From Sulfurimonadaceae bacterium (lineage in GTDB: Bacteria > Campylobacterota > Campylobacteria > Campylobacterales > Sulfurimonadaceae), in NCBI GenBank assembly GCA_041548245.1, contig JBFESZ010000055.1, forward strand, positions 1 to 13,382: 13,382 bases of DNA. The letters are read 5' to 3'. This document shows positions 5,386 through 12,888 of the stretch, one piece after another (within the stretch, counting starts at the first letter, position 1; every line of letters begins with the position of its first letter). The position numbers and the translations under genes are program-made. The notes under the pieces were generated by a model that had not been told where the DNA came from, searched no databases, and saw nothing but the letters and a program-made list of their open reading frames with translations.

Positions 5386-8255
5386 GTATAATAGAAAAGC
5401 TTGACTCCGTTAAGAGTACAATACCCCATTATTGGCCTATAGGATCATTTATTCATCATAATCCTCTAAAAGGATTTGAACACCTGCATTTTAAAGATGG
5501 CTTGAATAAGGCACAAAGTATATTTGGCGGTAAGGTCTATATGGACTCATCCTATTACATGGACCTGCATGAAAAAGGAAAGATTGATAATTCGATCTTT
5601 GAAAACAATATTCAAAAAGTCCTTTCGGATAAAGGTTTTGATATTCCTTTGGCGTTTGCAAAGAAGTTTCTGATGGAAGTCTCGCCAAAGTGGAGCAGTC
5701 TTAGAATAGAGTTTATATCTAAAAAAGAAGAGATCGACAGTACACTTTTTACATACTTAAAAGAGAACTCTCTCTATTCAGATGAAAAAGCATGGCTTGA
5801 TCATTTGATCAAGCACATGACCCTGTATGAGATCAATGATGCACTTTTTGGTCTGTATAAAAAAGATGATGTTGAAAAAGATATTATTGAATTCATTTCC
5901 CGTTTTTTAGATGAAGATCAAACAACAATGAATATGCCAAACAGAGAGCTTGGTATGTTTGAAGCATTCAAGCTTTATGAAAACTTTACCTATGAAAAAG
6001 GGGCTGAGAGCTTTGTTGAAGAGACCTTAGAGAAGCTTTGTGTGAAAGATATCCAAACGCACTTCTTAACACACCTCCTTAAGCTTCATGGCTGGGCCGG
6101 TTTCATCAAGTATAGATCTGAGGATCCGGATTATGCTTCACAAGAAGAGTACCCATCTGCCTTGATCGATTATATTGCGATAAGACTTTTTCATGAGCAT
6201 AAAGCTGTAAGAAACAGTAAAATCAATGACTTTGAGGCCTTTGATGCCTATGCTAATGAGAACCTTAGTGATGTTATTTTACAGATACTTAAGCATAAGA
6301 ACATGCTTTTTGGGGCGGAACTGGATGCCCTAGAGGATAATGAGAAAACTAATAAGGTCTTATTGGAACATGTTACAAAAGAGTTGAATTTGGATGCTCT
6401 TCAAATCCAGCACTCTAATGAAGTTTTACAAAGTGATCTTCCACTCACAGAACTTGCTATTGTTTTAAAGAAGTTAAGAGAAGAAGAGGGGTATATTTGG
6501 CTTAAATCTCTTGAAGATTCGTATATCAATACTTACGTCGAAGAGATAACGAACCTTAAGCCTAAAGACGATGTACCAGCTATCGCTTCCGCGACATTTT
6601 GTTTGGATGTCCGTTCTGAGGTTATACGCCGATCGATTGAAGGTTCGGGCCCATACAAAACATTTGGTGCGGGAGGTTTTCTTGGTCTGCCTTTAAATTT
6701 TGTTGAGTTTGATAAGGCGCATGAGCAGTTCTTGGCACCGGCTATTGTTAAACCGCAAAACGTCGTCTTTGAAATACCTGTAGAAGCCCATGATGAATAC
6801 AGTTCGAAAAAGGGAATGAACAAAACGACTAAAAAAGTCCTAAGCGACTTAAAGAACAATCCTTACACTCCTTATATTATGGTCGAAGCAATTGGATGGA
6901 TCTTTGGAATTAATCTTTTTGGTAAGACTTTCTTGCCACAAAAGACAAATAAGTTCTTGTCTAAGTTTAAGCCAAGTAAACCAAAGACAAGATATACCTT
7001 GGATAAACTCTCATCGTATGAGATCGAATTTTATGTCAAAAAGCTTCACACTAAGATCATCCAATCAGTCTTGGTAGACAGCTCTAAAAAAGAGTATTCT
7101 GAAATTGAGGTGGAAGCAGTTAGAAACCATCTTCTGTTTGACACCAAATTAAAGTTTGAAGTCTCAGATGAGATCATTGAAAAACTTAAAACGTCATATC
7201 AGATCACACCGGAAGATTATGAGTACCAAAAAAAGAAACTGGCTATGGTTGGTTTTACACTTGAAGAGAAAGTCTCATATCTCTATAAATACTTGACAAT
7301 GATAGGTCAGGTTGACGCTTTCCCTGAGTTTGTGATGATTATTGGTCATGGTAGTATCTCTGACAATAATCCATTCGAGTCGGCTCTTGATTGTGGTGCC
7401 TGTGGTGGAAATATCTCTTTGCCAAATACACGAGCACTTTGTATGATAGCTAATTGCAAAGAAGTGCGTGAAGCGATCAAAGAAAAAGGTATTGATATTC
7501 CCGAAACTACAAAGTTTATGCCAGGTCTTCATATTACGTCAACAGATGAGATAAAGTTTTATGACACAGATATTTTAACACAGCAAGAAGCACCTAGATT
7601 TTTTAAGATAATGAGTGACTTTAATAAAGCCTCTGCATTGTCCAGGATTGAAAGAGCAAAGTCTCTTCCATGTACGCGTACACAAAAGGATATCATAATC
7701 AAGTCCATGGACTGGTCTGAGCCAAGACCAGAGTGGGGATTGGCGAAGAATATGGGTGTTTTTGCAGGACCGAGAGATTATACCAAGCACCTAGTGTTAA
7801 ATAATAGATTTTTTATGCACTCATATGACTGGACAGTCGACAATGATGATGCTGAGATACTGACACGTATTTTTGACGGGCCGTTGATTGTCGGTGAGTG
7901 GATCAACTTAGAGCACTATTTCTCTACGGTGGATAACCATGTCTATGGTGCCGGTTCAAAGGTATATCATAATATCGTCTCAAAAATAGGCGTTTTCAGC
8001 GGTAATTACAGTGACTTGAAGATAGGTCTTCCTATCCAATCTGTCTATCTGGAAGGAGAAGCATACCACGAGCCGGTAAGACTTCTTTCATTTGTAGAAG
8101 CACCATTGGAAAAAGTAGGAAAAGCAGTTGAGAATTCTATTGCAAAAGAGTTTATATTGAATGAGTGGATACGCCCTGTCATTTTCGACAGAGAAGCCAA
8201 AAAGGTCTACTCATATGAAAATGGTGAATTCATTGTAATCAAAGAACTTGAATAG
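5382..8255 (+). CDS. dabA: DAB inorganic carbon transporter soluble subunit (DUF2309/UPF0753, beta-carbonic-anhydrase-like)
   Basis: 957 aa with N-terminal WPIGSFIHHNPLKGFE and Zn-ligand motifs FCLDVRSE, GHGS and LDCGACGG. C-terminal DWSEPRPEWGLA, RFFMHSYD, WINLEHYFSTVDN, GAGSKVYHN and HEPVRL. AAGGAG RBS. Confidence 0.93.
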   Translation: MSIIEKLDSVKSTIPHYWPIGSFIHHNPLKGFEHLHFKDGLNKAQSIFGGKVYMDSSYYMDLHEKGKIDNSIFENNIQKVLSDKGFDIPLAFAKKFLMEVSPKWSSLRIEFISKKEEIDSTLFTYLKENSLYSDEKAWLDHLIKHMTLYEINDALFGLYKKDDVEKDIIEFISRFLDEDQTTMNMPNRELGMFEAFKLYENFTYEKGAESFVEETLEKLCVKDIQTHFLTHLLKLHGWAGFIKYRSEDPDYASQEEYPSALIDYIAIRLFHEHKAVRNSKINDFEAFDAYANENLSDVILQILKHKNMLFGAELDALEDNEKTNKVLLEHVTKELNLDALQIQHSNEVLQSDLPLTELAIVLKKLREEEGYIWLKSLEDSYINTYVEEITNLKPKDDVPAIASATFCLDVRSEVIRRSIEGSGPYKTFGAGGFLGLPLNFVEFDKAHEQFLAPAIVKPQNVVFEIPVEAHDEYSSKKGMNKTTKKVLSDLKNNPYTPYIMVEAIGWIFGINLFGKTFLPQKTNKFLSKFKPSKPKTRYTLDKLSSYEIEFYVKKLHTKIIQSVLVDSSKKEYSEIEVEAVRNHLLFDTKLKFEVSDEIIEKLKTSYQITPEDYEYQKKKLAMVGFTLEEKVSYLYKYLTMIGQVDAFPEFVMIIGHGSISDNNPFESALDCGACGGNISLPNTRALCMIANCKEVREAIKEKGIDIPETTKFMPGLHITSTDEIKFYDTDILTQQEAPRFFKIMSDFNKASALSRIERAKSLPCTRTQKDIIIKSMDWSEPRPEWGLAKNMGVFAGPRDYTKHLVLNNRFFMHSYDWTVDNDDAEILTRIFDGPLIVGEWINLEHYFSTVDNHVYGAGSKVYHNIVSKIGVFSGNYSDLKIGLPIQSVYLEGEAYHEPVRLLSFVEAPLEKVGKAVENSIAKEFILNEWIRPVIFDREAKKVYSYENGEFIVIKELE

Positions 8256-8325
8256 TGCTTATTATAGTCTTAAACTTAAGGCAATATAGAATCTAAAAAA
8301 CAGTTAGTGCATATAAAGTACCAAG

Positions 8326-8334
8326 TGTTATAAT
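8326..8334 (+). promoter_or_regulatory. Extended -10 promoter (TGnTATAAT) for the 8363 gene
   Basis: TGTTATAAT 28 nt upstream of the ATG, followed by an AAGGGA RBS. Confidence 0.6.
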
Positions 8335-8362
8335 TCCAAAATAAATATAAAAAGGGAAGAAC

Positions 8363-8683
8363 ATGTATAAAATTGTAATTGAAGAAGAATGCAGTTGTTT
8401 CAAAAAAAGTGATTTTGAAAATAATATGAGTTTTGATACAAGAGAAGATATGATCAATAAAGCACGGGTTTTGGAATGCCTTATGAACCAACAGTTTTGT
8501 ATGACACATTTTTTTGAAGCTGTAGATTACGGTGAGAAGATAGTGATACATAAAACTCTCAGACCTGAAGATGATGAAGATGATGAATACATCGAAGATG
8601 CAAGAGACCTTGTGAACAAGAGTGGCGTTACAATCGGCTTTGATGCTAGCAAAGAAGCTCCAAAAGGAAGCGGAGGAAACTAG
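8363..8683 (+). CDS. Small uncharacterised CxC-x33-CxxH protein with acidic C-terminal extension
   Basis: 106 aa with its own promoter and RBS. Ungapped 20/51 identity with 8939..9226, including C10, C12, C46 and H49. Confidence 0.85.
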   Translation: MYKIVIEEECSCFKKSDFENNMSFDTREDMINKARVLECLMNQQFCMTHFFEAVDYGEKIVIHKTLRPEDDEDDEYIEDARDLVNKSGVTIGFDASKEAPKGSGGN

Positions 8684-8707
8684 GAATAATTTTAAAGAAA
8701 ATTATTC
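8684..8707. repeat. 10-bp perfect inverted repeat directly after the 8683 stop
   Basis: GAATAATTTT-AAAG-AAAATTATTC. Confidence 0.7.
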
Positions 8708-8779
8708 TCCTTCTAGAGCAAGAACAGGTTTAAAGCCTGTCTTTGGTCTTATTTTCAAACATCCTGCTGTTTCACTCAT
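8702..8779 (-). CDS. Possible 25-aa small ORF MSETAGCLKIRPKTGFKPVLALEGE
   Basis: ATG at 8779 with GAGGAAGG (8793-8786) 6 nt upstream. Stop TAA at 8704-8702 lies inside the inverted repeat. No homology evidence. Confidence 0.25.
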   Translation of the reverse strand: MSETAGCLKIRPKTGFKPVLALEGE

Positions 8780-8810
8780 CGATAACCTTCCTCAAAAGAG
8801 TTGGAACTAG

Positions 8811-8855
8811 TTTATCCTGAAGGTTCTTTAGAACCTTGAAGATAAATCTTTTTTT
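8811..8855 (+). terminator. Putative Rho-independent terminator
   Basis: AAGGTTC-TTTA-GAACCTT inner stem with outer TTTATC/GATAAA, followed by TCTTTTTTT. Confidence 0.6.
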
Positions 8856-8899
8856 ATTAAAGCATCACTACTATCAAAAAGCACTTCAATTTCAGTTAT

Positions 8900-8911
8900 T
8901 GTAACTATACT
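8900..8911 (+). promoter_or_regulatory. Putative promoter (-10 TATACT) for the 8939 gene
   Basis: TGTAACTATACT 27 nt upstream of the ATG, with an AAGGA RBS. An identical 12-mer occurs at 9611-9622. Confidence 0.5.
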
Positions 8912-8938
8912 TCGCGAATAATCAATAAAAGGAAAGTT

Positions 8939-9226
8939 ATGTATACAGTGAAAGTTGAGCATGAATGCGGATGTTTTAAAAGAAGTGAATATCAAAGTGA
9001 AAAAACATTTGATAGCCAGAAAGATGCATATAATTATACAAATATATTGGCCGAGTTCATGAATGAGGACTTCTGTTCAGCACACTTGTTCTTTCCTCAG
9101 AGAGTAAGTGATAATGAGTTTATGATCAAGGTAGCTGAGAATCCTAATGCAGGAAGCTCTTGTAGTACAGGCAGTTGTGGTCCCAGTGATCCTACCGGAT
9201 GTGGTACGGGAAGTTGTGGCTGCTAA
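8939..9226 (+). CDS. Small uncharacterised CxC-x33-CxxH protein with Cys/Gly/Ser-rich repeated tail
   Basis: 95 aa with AAGGA RBS. Paralog of 8363..8683. Tail CSTGSCGPSDPTGCGTGSCGC. Confidence 0.85.
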   Translation: MYTVKVEHECGCFKRSEYQSEKTFDSQKDAYNYTNILAEFMNEDFCSAHLFFPQRVSDNEFMIKVAENPNAGSSCSTGSCGPSDPTGCGTGSCGC

Positions 9227-9610
9227 GGAAGTGAAATACTTTCGTGTAAAGCTATGCGAGGGCAGTCAAGAGGTGAAGACTACACAAAGAATAATTATCC
9301 AGTTTACTTGGTTTGAAAGAAGCTCTTACAGATAGCTTTTTCATAACAGATTATCGTTGGTTTATCTGCCGGAGCATATTAGGCTTTTTTTGTAATCTTT
9401 TAGGGGGAATCAGATACATTGCTTGAACCGTAATATCAATAATCCTAAGATCTATATTTAACAGTATATGAATGTGGGTAAAAACGATTAGTTCACCTTA
9501 TATGACTGATCTTATGTGAGAAATATGCCTTTTTGACGTACAAGAGAACGGCTATAGTGTTACAATATTACCCATTGAAATAATCTAACATTACTTTGAT
9601 ATTGAAAGTA

Positions 9611-9622
9611 TGTAACTATACT
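9611..9622 (+). promoter_or_regulatory. Putative promoter (-10 TATACT) driving RNA element copy B
   Basis: TGTAACTATACT, identical to 8900-8911. The predicted TSS near 9629 is just 5' of the conserved element. Confidence 0.45.
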
Positions 9623-9642
9623 ACTCAAGTCTAATAATTTTG

Positions 9643-9781
9643 AAATACACAGATACAGCAGGTTAGGTATACTTGGAGGCAAGAGAAAAACTTCCTGTTT
9701 ACATGTGCACTTTTTATTCTACCTCCTTCTAGTCAGCCGTTGACTGTGGGGTTTCATGAGGCTTTTAGGCTCGTTGTGCAC
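9643..9781 (+). ncRNA. Candidate structured RNA (leader or sRNA), copy B, upstream of the for operon
   Basis: Same ordered blocks as 2742-2809. Locally GC-richer than its flanks, with extra stems GGAGG/CCTCC (9675-9679/9722-9726), AGTCAG/TTGACT (9731-9745) and a hairpin at 9756-9774. Confidence 0.45.
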
Positions 9782-10056
9782 TATCGTTTTAAGATATATA
9801 ATCTGACTTAGATAAAGATTTCTCAGCTGTATAACATGAAAAGTCAGCAAAGCGTTTAATATGTATATAAAGATAATTTTCGATACAATTAGCCACAAAT
9901 TCATGTTTTTCAAAGACTCTGAATGTAGTAGATGATACTTTCTGTCTGAAAAACCATATGTCTAATTTTAATGTTTATTATTAGATATGGGATTTAAAAA
10001 TGGTTTATGCACTTTTAGTGTAATTTTCGAAACTTTTTCATATAAAGGAGTCAACT

Positions 10057-10770
10057 ATGACAAAGATAGTAACAGAAGGCCCTGCTGGGTATATGCCGCA
10101 GTCAGCACCTGCCATGGGAGTTAAGCTTGCACCAGAAGGTTCAGCTTTACTTTATGGTAATGTTGTCACACCTGAAGAGGCAATGAGAGATGCTGCTAAA
10201 GCATTGCTTACAAGAAAAAACCCAACAATTTTCCCTGGTCCACAAGTATTATGGGACTGGAAAGATGATGTTGCAGAAAAAGCTGCAGCTCTATTAGATC
10301 TTGCATCTGAGATTCCTAATTGTAAAATCATTCCAATGCCGGATTACAGACCAAAATATCCAAAGATCGATGTTAAGGCTGAGATCAATCCAAACCACCC
10401 AAATCTTACAATCCTTGATAATAGAATCGAAGCTTGTATTTTTGTTGGTGTACACTGTCACTACGCAAACCTTTCATTAAGAATGATCCGTGCGGGTACT
10501 AACTGTTATACAACTGCATTATGTGCTTATATGGGGCATGAAGAAGCAATGGCATCTATTAGAGATCTACATGCATCAGATATCCAAAATTTCAAAGAGA
10601 TCGTTATTGAAGAAAGAAACAAATTAGGCATTGAGTGGAAAACTACTCTACCACCTGAAAATCCATCTTTACAAAAAGAAGATTTCAGTGCATTGTCACC
10701 ACATGATTATGGCGAGTACAGAAGTCTCATCATGACCAAAAAAGGTGAACACGTAACTGAAACTGAATAA
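10057..10770 (+). CDS. forD: Five-subunit 2-oxoglutarate:ferredoxin oxidoreductase delta subunit
   Basis: 237 aa with AAGGAG RBS at 10045-10050. NPTIFPGPQVLW, PDYRPKYPKID, EINPNHPNLTI and GVHCHYAN. First gene of a D-A-B-G operon. Confidence 0.8.
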   Translation: MTKIVTEGPAGYMPQSAPAMGVKLAPEGSALLYGNVVTPEEAMRDAAKALLTRKNPTIFPGPQVLWDWKDDVAEKAAALLDLASEIPNCKIIPMPDYRPKYPKIDVKAEINPNHPNLTILDNRIEACIFVGVHCHYANLSLRMIRAGTNCYTTALCAYMGHEEAMASIRDLHASDIQNFKEIVIEERNKLGIEWKTTLPPENPSLQKEDFSALSPHDYGEYRSLIMTKKGEHVTETE

Positions 10771-10781
10771 GGGAGAAATAA

Positions 10782-11975
10782 ATGAGTAATGTAGATACAA
10801 GACCAAGACCAAACGATACGAAAAAATTCGTAGATATGAACTACCTGTTAAAAGAAGCTCCAAGAGAGCGAAACTTTATTACAGGTGCTCAAGCAATGGC
10901 AGAAGCTGTTAAAAGAGCAAACGTTGATATGGCAATTGCTTATCCTATTACACCACAGTCAGAGGTAATGCACCTTGTTGGTGATATTTATGCACAGGGT
11001 CACATCAAAGAGTACTATAGAGCTGAAGAAGAACTTGGTACGATGTCAGCAATCGCGGGTGCTGCTAGAGCGGGTGTACGTCTGTTTACAGCGACATCAG
11101 GTCCAGGACTTTTACGTGGTCTAGAAGCGATCGTTTCATGGTCAGGACACCGTGTTCCGGCTGTACTTGGTATTTTGACTCGTGTTGTAAATGCACCGTT
11201 GTCAATCCAGCCAGATAATATCGAAATGGCATATATGATGCACTGTGGTGCTGTTATGCTTCATGCTGAAAACCAGCAAGATACATTCGACATGACGTTG
11301 GCAGCTTTTGCTATCACTGAAAAAGTTGATGTTTATATTCCGGTAGCTGTTGCAACAGAAGGTTTCTTCGTTACACACGCTAAAGGTTATGTTAACATGA
11401 CTAGTGAAGAGTATGCACTTAATCACTTTGACCCAGTTGCTGCACCGGTTCCGGCTATGGATAATGAAACTCCACCAGCTAGAATCCAGCGTGATGCACC
11501 GGTTCAAAAGTCAAACTTCATGTCTTACCTGATTCACTCAGTATGGCAGCAAGAGATTTGGGATTCAAATGCTCGTGCGATGAAATATATCTATGAGTAC
11601 CTTGGCGGACCAATCGAAGTTCAAAACCCTGAAGCTGATGTCTTTGTTGTTGCTTCTGGTTGTGCTGCTGCACAGGCTAGAGAAGCGTGGAGATATTCAC
11701 AAGAAGCTGGTCTAAGTGTTGGTCTAATCAAAGTTAGAGCAATCAGACCATTCCCGATTGATGAAATCCGTGATGCGGTTAAGAATGCTAAGGCACTTAT
11801 CGTTCCTGAACACAACATCATTGGTTGGTTGTCTAAAGAAGTTAAAGCAGCGATTCCAAACGGTGGTATTGTTGTAGAAGGTCCAAGAGTATATGGTGGT
11901 ATGACACTTCCAGTTGAATTGATCATGAAAGAAATTCACACGTCTCTTGGTTTAGAGTACGATCTAAAATTATAA
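10782..11975 (+). CDS. forA: Five-subunit 2-oxoglutarate:ferredoxin oxidoreductase alpha subunit
   Basis: 397 aa with AYPITPQSE, TATSGPG, EGFFVTH and VRAIRPFP. Substrate assignment is inferred from the DABG gene order. Confidence 0.85.
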   Translation: MSNVDTRPRPNDTKKFVDMNYLLKEAPRERNFITGAQAMAEAVKRANVDMAIAYPITPQSEVMHLVGDIYAQGHIKEYYRAEEELGTMSAIAGAARAGVRLFTATSGPGLLRGLEAIVSWSGHRVPAVLGILTRVVNAPLSIQPDNIEMAYMMHCGAVMLHAENQQDTFDMTLAAFAITEKVDVYIPVAVATEGFFVTHAKGYVNMTSEEYALNHFDPVAAPVPAMDNETPPARIQRDAPVQKSNFMSYLIHSVWQQEIWDSNARAMKYIYEYLGGPIEVQNPEADVFVVASGCAAAQAREAWRYSQEAGLSVGLIKVRAIRPFPIDEIRDAVKNAKALIVPEHNIIGWLSKEVKAAIPNGGIVVEGPRVYGGMTLPVELIMKEIHTSLGLEYDLKL

Positions 11976-11987
11976 TAAGGGGATAAA

Positions 11988-12887
11988 ATGAGCTTAAAGT
12001 ATATAACTCCGGCAGAGAGATTTAAAAAATATTTGCCAAAAGATTATGTAGAACTAGTTGACTACGGTCCATTTGGAAAGACTCAAGATGAAGCTGGCCC
12101 AGGTAACATGGGTCAATTCAAAGAGTTGATGGAAGAACACCCAATGTGTTCAGGTTGTTGGATGGCATACTACATCAGATTGATTTTTGCTTCACTTCCA
12201 CAGCCAGAAGAGACAGTAACACTTGGTACAGCTGGATGTGGTCGTTTGGCTATTTCTCAGGCTGCTGTTCCATTTATCTATGGTAACTACGGTGATCAAA
12301 ATGCGATGGCTTCTGGTCTTACACGTGCATTTAGATTACGTTTCCCTGATAAGACAAAAGATGTTATTACTATTGCCGGTGACGGTGGTACTATGGATAT
12401 CGGTTTCTCTATGACTATGCACTCATGGATCCGTGGTGAAAAATTCACAACGATCATGCTTGACAACGAAGTTTATGGAAATACAGGTGGTCAAGAGTCT
12501 GGTATGTCTCCTAAAGGCGCAATCCTTAAGATGGCTCCACTAGGTAAAAAAGGTGAGAAGATGCCTGCAACAGCATTGGCGCAAGCAGCTGGTTGTGTGT
12601 ATACTGTAAGAATGTCACCTACAAACATCAAAAAAGCGGCAAAAATCATCAGAAGAGCGATCTTTGTTGCGAGAGAAGTTGGACCAACGTTTATTCACGC
12701 TTACACATCATGTAACATTGAATATTCAATTCCTACTGAAGATGTATTTGCTGATGCAAAAGAGAAAGAGAAAACTCGTTTTCAATTCGAAGAATACATG
12801 ACTGATGAAGCTAAAGCAGTAATCGAGCGTGTAGAAGCTGAAGAAAAAGCAGCATCAAGAGCGAAAAAAGCAGAGGCGGTAAACTAG
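11988..12887 (+). CDS. forB: Five-subunit OFOR beta (TPP-binding) subunit
   Basis: 299 aa with TPP motif GDGG...DNEVYGNTGGQES and proximal [4Fe-4S] Cys in HPMCSGC, GTAGC and YTSC. Confidence 0.88.
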   Translation: MSLKYITPAERFKKYLPKDYVELVDYGPFGKTQDEAGPGNMGQFKELMEEHPMCSGCWMAYYIRLIFASLPQPEETVTLGTAGCGRLAISQAAVPFIYGNYGDQNAMASGLTRAFRLRFPDKTKDVITIAGDGGTMDIGFSMTMHSWIRGEKFTTIMLDNEVYGNTGGQESGMSPKGAILKMAPLGKKGEKMPATALAQAAGCVYTVRMSPTNIKKAAKIIRRAIFVAREVGPTFIHAYTSCNIEYSIPTEDVFADAKEKEKTRFQFEEYMTDEAKAVIERVEAEEKAASRAKKAEAVN

Positions 12888-12888
12888 T

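Noticed and set aside
9147-9335. 62-aa ORF overlapping the Cys-tail gene, or its GTG-started 34-aa version from 9231
   Set aside because: It overlaps a better-supported gene, the AAGGA is only 1 nt from the GTG, and it has no motifs.
9954-9992. AT-rich hairpin TATGTCTAAT/ATTAGATATG upstream of forD
   Set aside because: Weak, wobble-containing stem with no U-tract and no counterpart elsewhere. Not enough to call a feature.
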